64,000 nucleotides of DNA from assembly GCA_026709025.1 (NCBI GenBank), contig JAPOTT010000010.1:20658-84657 (forward strand). The letters run 5' to 3'. This document shows, in pieces, positions 46,194 through 54,946 of the stretch. The notes under the pieces were generated by a model that saw nothing but the letters and a program-made list of their open reading frames with translations, was not told the DNA's origin and did not search any database. Origin of the DNA: a bacterium (GTDB lineage Bacteria; Actinomycetota; Acidimicrobiia; Acidimicrobiales; Bin134). Within the stretch, counting starts at the first letter, position 1; each line of letters begins with the position of its first letter. A program made the translations under genes and the position numbers.

Positions 46194-47663
46194 ATGATTC
46201 AAGGCACGGCTTCGGGGGTAGGAAAGTCGCTGCTGGTGGCTGGCTTGTGCAGGCTCCTTAGCCGCTCGGGAATTAGCGTTGCACCGTTCAAACCACAAAA
46301 CATGAGCAATGCTTCGGCTGCTTGTTCAACTGGCGGGGAGATCGGTCGGGCACAGGCTTTACAAGCATTTGCGTGCGGATTAGAACCTCACGTGGATATG
46401 AACCCGGTGCTGCTCAAACCCGAAGCAGATCACCGAGCTCAACTAGTGGTGTCGGGTGAGGTGCGGGGCACGCTCATGGCCAGTCGCTTTCGTGAAGATC
46501 GGTTGGTGCTTATGCCCGAGGTGCTTGCCGCGTTTGATCGCTTAGCGGCTAGTTCCGACTTTGTTGTAGTTGAGGGAGCCGGGTCGCCAGCCGAACCTAA
46601 TCTGCGTAAGGGAGACATCGCCAACATGGGTTTTGCTCAAGCAGCGGACGTGCCGGTTTGGTTGGTGGGCGACATCGACCGAGGTGGCGTGTTTGCTTCT
46701 CTGCTGGGCACGCTGCAAGCGCTAGATGAGCCAGATCGTCAACTGGTGGAGGCCATGGTGATCAACCGCTTCAGGGGCACTCGCACGCTTTTGGGTGAGG
46801 CTTGTGAGTGGTTAGAGCAAAGATCGCAGCTGAATGTTTTGGGCTGTGTGCCTTATCTGACGGATTTGGCTTTGCCTGAAGAAGACGCGCCTTATTCTTT
46901 TCGCTACGGACGTGGTCGCACAGAGGTTGAAGATGGTGGGGTCAGCTTGGCTGTGGGGGCTATTCATTATCCGCGAGCATCAAACACCACAGATCTGGAT
47001 CCCTTCGCATCTGATCCCAAGATTGACTTTCGCTGGTTATCTGAGCCGGACTCTATGGTTGGCTTGGATTTGGTGGTGTTATGTGGGTCTAAGGCTGTGG
47101 TGGCCGATTTGGAATGGCTGCGCGCCAATGGCTGGGTGGAAGCCTTACAGCGTCATTTGCGTTACGGCGGGAAGTTGCTGGGGGTGTGCGGTGGGTTACA
47201 AATGTTGGGCGAGCGCATATTAGACCCTTTGGGCATTGAGGGCCCTACAGCTGCTGAGGGTTTGGGGTGGTTGCCCATAGAGGTTGAGATGGAAGCCGAC
47301 AAGCTGGTTCGCACTGTGTCTGGGCAGGCTAGATGGCCAAGCTGTGTTGATTTTTCGGGCTATGAGATACGTCATGGCCGCAGTTCAGCCGATGAAGCTT
47401 TGTATCCCTTTGTGGCAGCTTCGTCTGATGGTCAGGTGATGGGCACTTATGTGCATGGCTTGTTCGATCGAGCGCAATACCGCTCAGCAGTGCTTGAGCA
47501 CTGGCTAGAGCACAAGGCCGCGCCTAGCCAAGCTCAACAAGATCAACACTTAATCTGGCAACAAGATCTAGATCGCCTAGCAGATGCCCTCCAAGACCAC
47601 TTAGATCTGTCCTTACTCCAATCCCGCCTATCTGTTGCTTTGTCTGGCGCGTCGGGCAGTTGA
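46194..47663 (+). CDS. cobQ: cobyric acid synthase
   Basis: 'MIQGTASGVGKSLLVAGLCRLL' and the C-terminal glutamine amidotransferase domain ('LGVCGGLQMLG', 'TYVHGLFD'). TTG 46173 is a possible alternative start. Confidence 0.88.
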   Translation: MIQGTASGVGKSLLVAGLCRLLSRSGISVAPFKPQNMSNASAACSTGGEIGRAQALQAFACGLEPHVDMNPVLLKPEADHRAQLVVSGEVRGTLMASRFREDRLVLMPEVLAAFDRLAASSDFVVVEGAGSPAEPNLRKGDIANMGFAQAADVPVWLVGDIDRGGVFASLLGTLQALDEPDRQLVEAMVINRFRGTRTLLGEACEWLEQRSQLNVLGCVPYLTDLALPEEDAPYSFRYGRGRTEVEDGGVSLAVGAIHYPRASNTTDLDPFASDPKIDFRWLSEPDSMVGLDLVVLCGSKAVVADLEWLRANGWVEALQRHLRYGGKLLGVCGGLQMLGERILDPLGIEGPTAAEGLGWLPIEVEMEADKLVRTVSGQARWPSCVDFSGYEIRHGRSSADEALYPFVAASSDGQVMGTYVHGLFDRAQYRSAVLEHWLEHKAAPSQAQQDQHLIWQQDLDRLADALQDHLDLSLLQSRLSVALSGASGS

Positions 47664-47739
47664 TTAAGGGTTGTTGATTAAAGTTTGGGGTGGTTTTTAT
47701 GGGGGCGGTTATGTGTGGAGTTGTTTGATGTAGGCACGC

Positions 47740-49146
47740 TTAGGTGTTTAGGGCTGTTTTGTAGGCGGTGATGGTGCGTTGGCGGGCTTGGGCATGATCC
47801 ACAATGGGCATGGGGTAGGTGTGGCCTAAGGTTACGTTGGCCGCGGCTAGGTCTAAAGGAGAAGCCTGCCATGGTGCGTGAATATCGCTGTTGTTGAGTT
47901 GGGCTAGTTCTGGTAACCAGCGTCGCAAGTACTCGCCTTGAGGGTCAAAGCGCTTGCTTTGGGTGATGGGGTTGAAGATGCGGAAGTAGGGGGCCGCATC
48001 GGGCCCTGTGCCTGCCACCCACTGCCAGTTCCCCGCGTTTTGAGCGATCTCTCCATCGGTCAACATGTGCCGGAACCAGCGTTCGCCTTGCCGCCAGTCT
48101 ACGAGGAGGTCTTTCACCAGAAATGAAGCTGTAATCATCCGCACGCGGTTATGCATCCAGCCCGTTGCAGCTAGCTGACGCATGCCTGCATCCACGATGG
48201 GGTAGCCGGTTTGGCCATCTCGCCATGCAACGAAATCGGCATCGGCAGAGGCCCCCGACCGCCAAGCTATTTGGTCGTAGCTAGGTCGAAGGGCCACCTC
48301 AGCGATGTTTGGATGCTCGGCGGTGAGGTGGGCATACCAGTCGCGCCATGCCAGTTGGCGCACGAAACCTGAGCGGCCTGGGGTGCGGGTGCCGATTTGG
48401 GCCATCACATAGCGGGGCGACAGCAACCCAAAGCGCAGCGCAGTAGACAGCTCAGATGTGCCAGCTATGGCTGGCAGATTGCGGTTTTCTTGGTAGTTGT
48501 CTACCTCTTGTTGCCAACCGTTGAGCTGGCCGAGGGCATCTTGTTCGCTCCACGGGGCAGGTACATCTGAGCCCAGGCAGCCCAGTACGTGGACTAAGGT
48601 GCGTTCTTTGGGTGGGGTGAGCACCTCTGTAGGTGTGGGTTGTGTTTCATCGGGCAAAGGGATTTGAGCCCAAGTTTTGTAAAAGGGTGTGAATACCCTA
48701 GATAGCGTGCCCTGTGCTGTGAGCACCCTGCCCGGGGGATGCACCATCGTCCCCCAGTGGGCTGTAAGCGGCACCGGTAGTGAAGCAGCCACCTGTTGGT
48801 CTCGGTTAGTAGACCATCTAGTAACATCGGCATTGGTTGTAACCTGTTGTGCATCAACCTCATGGACAATCTGCCTTAGCACTTCTGTAGGGTTGCCCAC
48901 CTCCACCCACAAACCGCCTCCAACGGTGGTTAGCGATTGCTCCAATCCCGCCAATGCCTGCAAATAAGCTTGCTTCCGCCAAGGCCCGGCGGCATTGAGC
49001 AGGGCTGGCTGGATCACAACTATGGGCACAACCTGCTTGCTGGCCGTAGCGGTAGCCCACGCGGGGTTATCCATCAGGCGCAGATCGCGGCGAAACCAAG
49101 CCAAGCTCACAGAACTCACTGCTACAGAACTTACTGCGATCGCCAT
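47740..49146 (-). CDS. phr: deoxyribodipyrimidine photolyase (cryptochrome/photolyase family)
   Basis: 'LAWFRRDLRLMDNPAW', 'TSELSTALRFG', 'WRDWY' and 'GWMHNRVRMITASFL...NAGNWQW' motifs. Confidence 0.88.
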   Translation of the reverse strand: MAIAVSSVAVSSVSLAWFRRDLRLMDNPAWATATASKQVVPIVVIQPALLNAAGPWRKQAYLQALAGLEQSLTTVGGGLWVEVGNPTEVLRQIVHEVDAQQVTTNADVTRWSTNRDQQVAASLPVPLTAHWGTMVHPPGRVLTAQGTLSRVFTPFYKTWAQIPLPDETQPTPTEVLTPPKERTLVHVLGCLGSDVPAPWSEQDALGQLNGWQQEVDNYQENRNLPAIAGTSELSTALRFGLLSPRYVMAQIGTRTPGRSGFVRQLAWRDWYAHLTAEHPNIAEVALRPSYDQIAWRSGASADADFVAWRDGQTGYPIVDAGMRQLAATGWMHNRVRMITASFLVKDLLVDWRQGERWFRHMLTDGEIAQNAGNWQWVAGTGPDAAPYFRIFNPITQSKRFDPQGEYLRRWLPELAQLNNSDIHAPWQASPLDLAAANVTLGHTYPMPIVDHAQARQRTITAYKTALNT

Positions 49147-49179
49147 GGTTTTGCGGCTCTGTGGCCGTAGTCTAAAGCA

Positions 49180-49887
49180 GTGATTTTTTGTGGCCGCTTG
49201 CTTTGTATTTTCCAGTGGGTTTTGGCTGCTTTGTTGGTGCTGGGGTTGGTGGTTGCTTGCGGCAATAATGATGACTCCGCCGTTCTCACTGAGCCTCCAA
49301 CCGCAACTGAGCTTTCAGCTACACCCACACCAACAGTCGCAACAGAGCCTCCAGCCATAACTGAGCCTCCGGCCACACCCATAACAGCAGTCGCAACAGA
49401 GACAGCACCGGTTAGGTTTGCGGGGTACCAAGCTGGCCAACTGATAGCTCTGCTGGAAGGGCAGCCGGTTCCAGCTATCTCAGGCACCACAATCAGCGGC
49501 CACCCATTTGAGTGGGTGCCCGGTTTAGCCCCCACCGTGATCGTGTTTTTGGCGCACTGGTGCCCGGCATGCCAAAACGAGATAGCCGAGTTCAGCCGTT
49601 GGCTAAATGAGGGGAACAGCCTGCCTGAGGGTGTGGACTTTTTCGGTGTATCCACCTTAGTAAACTCCGAACGAGGCAATTACCCACCTAGTCGGTGGCT
49701 AGCAGATGCTCGCTGGCCGTATACGGTGTTGGCAGACGACACGCAAAGCACCGTGGCTAACACCTTCGGGCTCACTGGCACACCGTTTTGGGCTGTTATC
49801 GACAGCAATGGTCTGTTGGTGAGCCGTAACAGTGGACAAGTATCGCCAGAAAGTTTGGCCATGCTCTTTGAGCAGCTTACGGCTTAA
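49180..49887 (+). CDS. TlpA/ResA-like thiol:disulfide oxidoreductase lipoprotein
   Basis: Lipobox 'LVVACG', a Thr/Pro/Glu repeat linker and the thioredoxin motif 'VFLAHWCPACQNE'. Confidence 0.8.
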   Translation: MIFCGRLLCIFQWVLAALLVLGLVVACGNNDDSAVLTEPPTATELSATPTPTVATEPPAITEPPATPITAVATETAPVRFAGYQAGQLIALLEGQPVPAISGTTISGHPFEWVPGLAPTVIVFLAHWCPACQNEIAEFSRWLNEGNSLPEGVDFFGVSTLVNSERGNYPPSRWLADARWPYTVLADDTQSTVANTFGLTGTPFWAVIDSNGLLVSRNSGQVSPESLAMLFEQLTA

Positions 49888-49961
49888 GCGTGGTAACAGC
49901 GTTGCGTTCTGATGGTTGTGTAGTTGTGTGGCGTAGCTGATCGCGTAGTCTTTGGTACCTG

Positions 49962-50414
49962 ATGCAAACCATTTCTTTATCCACTCATCTAGAGGCCTCC
50001 CAACAAGTGGCATGGGATGTCATAAGCGATCATTCGCTTTATGGCAGCTTTACGGGCACTTCGCAGGTGACGCTTGAGAAGCAGGGAACTCCACACACCA
50101 ACGGTGTGGGCGCGATACGGGTTTTTCATGTCGGCCCGATACGCATCCGCGAGGAGATAACCACCTTTGAGCCGCCCAAGCAGATGGCATATAGGGTGCT
50201 GAGCTTGCCGCTGCCCCTGCGTAACTGCCGCTCCGATCTGCTGTTGGTGCCTTGCGAAGATGGTGGTAGTTGCACTTTGCACTGGGATAGCTGGTTTGAG
50301 TTAGCAATCCCGTTTACTGGCGGGGTGCTGCGTAGGGTAGTTGCCGTGCAAATCAACAAGATTGTCGCTGGGATTGCTGCCGAGGTTGCCCGGCGAGCTG
50401 ATTCAGCGAGCTAG
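49962..50414 (+). CDS. SRPBCC (polyketide cyclase/START-like) family protein
   Basis: 150 aa. The 'VAWDVISDHSLYGSF' N-terminus and overall size and pattern are typical of SRPBCC proteins. The assignment is weak. Confidence 0.45.
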   Translation: MQTISLSTHLEASQQVAWDVISDHSLYGSFTGTSQVTLEKQGTPHTNGVGAIRVFHVGPIRIREEITTFEPPKQMAYRVLSLPLPLRNCRSDLLLVPCEDGGSCTLHWDSWFELAIPFTGGVLRRVVAVQINKIVAGIAAEVARRADSAS

Positions 50415-50446
50415 TTCAGCTTAACCACCCCTACACACACTCCGAC

Positions 50447-51025
50447 ATGCCCCGCTGGGTTGAGCGACTTCCTCCCCACCTAGACCCAGAGTTGGTTACA
50501 AATGGCGACACGCGCAACGTGGTGGATGGCTATCGCTTCTGGCGTCATGAGGCAATTGTTGCCGATTTGGATTCGCGCCGACACGGGTTTCATGTGGCAG
50601 TAGAGAACTGGCAGCACGATCTCAACATCGGCACGATGGTGCGCAACGCAAATGCCTTTGGTGCTGCGGCGGTTCACATTGTGGGTCGCCGTCGCTGGAA
50701 TCGCCGTGGGGCCATGGTTACAGATCGTTACTTACACGTGCTGCACCATCCCACGGTGGCAGACCTAATAGCTTGGGCTACAGAGGCCAACTTGGCGATT
50801 ATGGGTATAGACAATGGCCCGGGCACAGAGCCTATCGAGGGCTCCATTTTGCCCGAACGTTGTGTTTTGCTGTTCGGACAAGAAGGCCCCGGCTTGTCTG
50901 CAGAGGCTCAAGCAGCCTGTGAGGTTGTGCTGGCCATCACCCAGTTTGGTTCCACCCGTTCCATCAACTCCGGTGTGGCTTCAGGAATAGCCATGCATCG
51001 CTGGGTTTGCCAGCACGTTCTTTAG
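50447..51025 (+). CDS. TrmH/SpoU family RNA 2'-O-methyltransferase
   Basis: 'NIGTMVRNANAFGA', 'LLFGQEGPGLS' and 'SINSGVASGIAMH' are SPOUT motifs 1-3. Confidence 0.82.
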   Translation: MPRWVERLPPHLDPELVTNGDTRNVVDGYRFWRHEAIVADLDSRRHGFHVAVENWQHDLNIGTMVRNANAFGAAAVHIVGRRRWNRRGAMVTDRYLHVLHHPTVADLIAWATEANLAIMGIDNGPGTEPIEGSILPERCVLLFGQEGPGLSAEAQAACEVVLAITQFGSTRSINSGVASGIAMHRWVCQHVL

Positions 51026-51048
51026 CTTGAGTGTGTTACTGCCAACTG

Positions 51049-52317
51049 TTAGCGATTGGCTATGGGCACGTAGTCGCGTTTTTCAGAACCGGTGTATACC
51101 TGCCGAGGACGGGCAATGCGACTGTCTTGTTCTAGCAGTTCCACCCAGTGAGCTAGCCAGCCTGCGGTGCGGGCGATGGCAAACAACACGGTGAACATGT
51201 CGGTAGGGAACCCCATAGATTGGTAGATGAGCCCCGAATAGAAGTCCACATTGGGATACAGCTTGCGACGTACGAAGTAGTCGTCACCTAGCGCAACCTC
51301 TTCTAGCTTGAGCGCAATATCTAGTAGCGGGTTGGAGCCGGTTAGGGCAAACACATCGTGGGCAGCATCTTTGATGATCTTGGCCCGAGGGTCGTAGTTT
51401 TTGTAAACCCGATGCCCAAACCCCATAAGTCTGGTTTCGCCAGCCTTAACTGCCTTGATGAACGGGTCGATGTTCTCGTAGCTGCCTATGGCGTTCAGCA
51501 TCTCCACAACAGCTTGGTTAGCCCCGCCATGTCTTGGCCCATACAAGGCACAAGCTGCCGCAGCGATGACCGAGTAGGGGTCTGTGTGGGCGCTACCAAC
51601 CACACGAGCGGTGCTGGTGGAACAGTTTTGCCCGTGGTCTGCGTGCGTGATCAGCAGCAGATCTAGCGCCCGAGACATCGCTGGATGGCATTCGTAGGTG
51701 GGCTCGGCGATCTTGAACATCATCGACAAGAAGTTGGAGGCAAAATCTAGGTTGTTGTCTGGGTACACAAACGGGAGGCCCAAGTTGAACCTGGCACCAG
51801 CGGCAGCCACGGTGGGTACCTTGGCGATAAGACGCACTATCTGATGCATCCGGTTATTGGGGTCTTCAATATCTTTAGCCTCTGGATAGAAGGTAGACAG
51901 CGCAGCAATGGTGGATACGAACATGCCCATGGGGTGAGCATCGTGCAAGAACGATTCCATAAACCGCTTACGAAAGCGCTCGTGGATGAAGGTGTGGTGG
52001 GTGATGTCGTATACCCAGCTTTCGTATTCAGCAGCCGATGGCAACTCGCCGTGAAGCAAAAGGTAGGCCACCTCCAAAAAGGTGGAGTGCTCAGCAAGCT
52101 GCTCGATGGGGTAGCCCCGGTAGCGCAAGATGCCATTCTCGCCATCCACCTCGCTAACTGCGGATTTGGTAGCCGCAGTGGTGCTAAAGGAAGGGTCTAG
52201 GAACCATGTGTTCCCCAAGAGCTTGCTCCATTGTGAGGCATCCACACCGCCTTGAACAATCGGAACCTCTATGGACTCACCAGACCGATTGTCGGTGATC
52301 GTTATGGATTCAGTCAC
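51049..52317 (-). CDS. gltA: citrate synthase
   Basis: 'GILRYRGYPIEQL', 'HADHGQNCSTST' and 'GFGHRVYKNYDPRA' motifs. 422 aa. Confidence 0.9.
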   Translation of the reverse strand: MTESITITDNRSGESIEVPIVQGGVDASQWSKLLGNTWFLDPSFSTTAATKSAVSEVDGENGILRYRGYPIEQLAEHSTFLEVAYLLLHGELPSAAEYESWVYDITHHTFIHERFRKRFMESFLHDAHPMGMFVSTIAALSTFYPEAKDIEDPNNRMHQIVRLIAKVPTVAAAGARFNLGLPFVYPDNNLDFASNFLSMMFKIAEPTYECHPAMSRALDLLLITHADHGQNCSTSTARVVGSAHTDPYSVIAAAACALYGPRHGGANQAVVEMLNAIGSYENIDPFIKAVKAGETRLMGFGHRVYKNYDPRAKIIKDAAHDVFALTGSNPLLDIALKLEEVALGDDYFVRRKLYPNVDFYSGLIYQSMGFPTDMFTVLFAIARTAGWLAHWVELLEQDSRIARPRQVYTGSEKRDYVPIANR

Positions 52318-52516
52318 TCAGGGCTCCTTTGGTGTGATATGGGTTATGTCTGCCAAATTAGGTGCATCCGTGCAGATGACCCTGTTGTGGCTGATTGCGC
52401 GTTGTCTGTATGTGACATAGTTGGCGCAGCAGAGCTTATCGCGATGTGATGGTGCGCTGCTGTGGCAAGCATCTCATAGCACCTCCGATAGCACCCTATA
52501 GAACCCTTAAAGAACA

Positions 52517-53887
52517 CTATAGGGGGGTGTTGTCGTGTCGGCGGTGTGGTAGAGCTTCTCGTTTGGATTCCAAAATCTCTAGAGCTGCGGCTATCTCAAT
52601 ACGGGTTTGGGCGGGGTCTATCACCGCATCTATAGAGCCCCGTTCGGCGGCAATGTAGGGGTTGAGGTAGCGCTTTTCGTAGTTGTTCTCTAGGTCTTGG
52701 CGCTCTTTTGGAGTGGCTTGGCGATGCAGTATCCCAACAGCGCCGCGGGCACCCATCACGGCAATCTCAGCGCTGGGCCAAGCAAGGGCGATGTCGTTGC
52801 CCATTGGCCGGGAGTCCATCACGATGTAGGCACCACCGTAAGATTTACGCAAGGTCACGTTGATGCGTGGCACGGTAGCGCGGGCGTAAGCAAAAGCAAG
52901 CTGCGCTCCGTGACGGATGATGCCACGCCACTCTAAGTCTTTACCCGGTTGAAACCCTGAGGTATCTACGAAGGTAATCAGAGGCAGGTTGAAAGCATCG
53001 CAAAACGAGACAAACCGTGCTCCTTTTTGACTGCACGCAATGTCTAAGGTGCCCGCGAGGCTTTGGGGTTGGTTGGCTAAGATTCCAACTGGGCGTCCTG
53101 CCACGGTTGCAAAAGCGCACACCAGATTGGTGGCCCAGTCGGCTTTGTATTCCAGCAGATCGTTTTCATCGGCCACCGTTCGAGCCACGTCACGCACGTC
53201 GTAGCTGCCTAAAGCAGAGGTGGGCAGCAGGTCTCGCAATTCGGGGGTAGGGCGCTTGGCGGGATCGAGTGTGTCACGGTGCGGTGGGAGTTCGTCGGCG
53301 TTGGCAGGCAAGAGGTTCAACAGGGTGGACACAAGGTGGGCAGCAGCGGCTTGATCTTGCACCATGAAGGCCGACACTCCGCTGCGCCGTGCCAGTTGAG
53401 CAGCTCCGCCTAGGGTTTCGTTGCTGATGACCTCTCCTGTGAACTGCGCTACCATACGCGGCCCGGTTACAAAGGCATAGCTAGCTTCGGTGGTTATGGC
53501 GATGTCGGCTAGGCCCAGCAGCAACGCAGGCCCTGAAACAGCTGGGCCGGTTGCACAGAAGATGATGGGCACCTGACCCGAACATTGCACCACAGCTTTA
53601 GCTAGCCGACCCCACCCAACTGTGGCTGCAATGCCAGAGTCTACATCGGCTCCTGAAGAAGCCATGTAGCCCACTAAGGGGATGCGGCGGGCAAGGGCTG
53701 CGTTAGCCGCGCACTCTAAGGTTTCACTGTCGGTGGGGCTAAGCGCACCATGGTTGTTGTCGTTGTCTTGTACCTCAAACACAACACAGCTACGCCCTTC
53801 GTAACAGTCCAGCCATGCTTGGGCCGCGCCGAGGGTGCCAGCGCGCAGTGACACTCGGGTTGAACTGTTGGTAGCAACTTTAGACAT
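52517..53887 (-). CDS. acyl-CoA carboxylase carboxyltransferase (beta) subunit family protein
   Basis: Two crotonase-like carboxyltransferase halves ('GPAVSGPALLLGLAD', 'GGAYIVMDS..LAWPSAEIAVMG'). At 456 aa it is shorter than typical PccB. Confidence 0.75.
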   Translation of the reverse strand: MSKVATNSSTRVSLRAGTLGAAQAWLDCYEGRSCVVFEVQDNDNNHGALSPTDSETLECAANAALARRIPLVGYMASSGADVDSGIAATVGWGRLAKAVVQCSGQVPIIFCATGPAVSGPALLLGLADIAITTEASYAFVTGPRMVAQFTGEVISNETLGGAAQLARRSGVSAFMVQDQAAAAHLVSTLLNLLPANADELPPHRDTLDPAKRPTPELRDLLPTSALGSYDVRDVARTVADENDLLEYKADWATNLVCAFATVAGRPVGILANQPQSLAGTLDIACSQKGARFVSFCDAFNLPLITFVDTSGFQPGKDLEWRGIIRHGAQLAFAYARATVPRINVTLRKSYGGAYIVMDSRPMGNDIALAWPSAEIAVMGARGAVGILHRQATPKERQDLENNYEKRYLNPYIAAERGSIDAVIDPAQTRIEIAAALEILESKREALPHRRHDNTPL

Positions 53888-53900
53888 CAGCTGGGGCGCA

Positions 53901-54812
53901 TCAGCTGGGGTAAACCCCGGGCTGGTCGGAGCCGTGGGTGGTTACAACGTCAGCTATCACCTCATGCACTGCGCGGGTGACGGCCGAAGGTGCTACCTGT
54001 CGACTAAATATCATGCCCACCGAGCGCTGTAGCAGGCCGCTTATGGGAACTCTGCTCAAGGGGTTGTCGTCATCTAGGACGGCGGTGGCGGGCAAGATAG
54101 CTGCGCCGAAACCGGTTTGTACCAGCGTGGCGATCATTCGCATCCCGTCAATCTCCACACGGGTGGTGAGGGTTACCCCTTGGTGTTTGAACTCCGAATC
54201 GATTTCGTCCCTAAAGGCGGTTCCTTTGGGAGGCAACAGCAGCTCGTGACGGGCTAGTTCTTCAGGGGTGACCGTAGATTTGGCAGCTAGGGGGTGGTCT
54301 AGGGGAGCGATGAGCAGGCGGTCTTCGGCGAACAGTTCTTGGCTGCGGATGTCGGGATCATTGATGGGCAGGTTTACCACCGCAGCGTGCAGGTCGCCCG
54401 ACACCACTAGGGGTAATATGCTGGTGGTTGTGGCGGTCAGCACTTCAAGGCGCACCTTGGAGTACTGGGCTTCTACAGCGGGCAACACCTTGGGGATGAG
54501 CCATTGGGCTGTGGAGTCTATGATGCCGATGCGGGTGAGACCTGAAATGTTGTCGCGCATGGCGGCCATATCTAGGGCGATGGCATTGGTTTCGGCTCGG
54601 ATACGCCGGGCCCTTGCCACCACTGCTTCGCCTTCTTCGGTGAGCATGGCAGCGTCTCGATCCACAAGGCGGGTGCCAAGCTCCGACTCTAGGCGGGCAA
54701 TATGTTTGGACACGTTGGATTGAACCGTGTGCAACGATCTAGCTGCCTTGGAGAAGGTTTTGTGCTCGGCTATCGCCAACAGGGCATCAAGTTGGCGGAT
54801 GTCCACACCCAC
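53901..54812 (-). CDS. LysR family transcriptional regulator
   Basis: The N-terminal wHTH 'LDALLAIAEHKTFSKAARSLHTVQSNVSKHIARLE' plus a substrate-binding domain. It is divergent from the kinase-mutase fusion gene. Confidence 0.88.
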   Translation of the reverse strand: MGVDIRQLDALLAIAEHKTFSKAARSLHTVQSNVSKHIARLESELGTRLVDRDAAMLTEEGEAVVARARRIRAETNAIALDMAAMRDNISGLTRIGIIDSTAQWLIPKVLPAVEAQYSKVRLEVLTATTTSILPLVVSGDLHAAVVNLPINDPDIRSQELFAEDRLLIAPLDHPLAAKSTVTPEELARHELLLPPKGTAFRDEIDSEFKHQGVTLTTRVEIDGMRMIATLVQTGFGAAILPATAVLDDDNPLSRVPISGLLQRSVGMIFSRQVAPSAVTRAVHEVIADVVTTHGSDQPGVYPS

Positions 54813-54946
54813 TAATCTACTTGCATCTAACCTGCTTCACAGCAATCAAGCTGCCAAGACCGGTTGCACTTGCGGTTGCATACGCAGTTCCATACGCAGT
54901 AGCACACGCAGGCCAAGTAGTAGGGTAGCTACACCACTCATAAAAA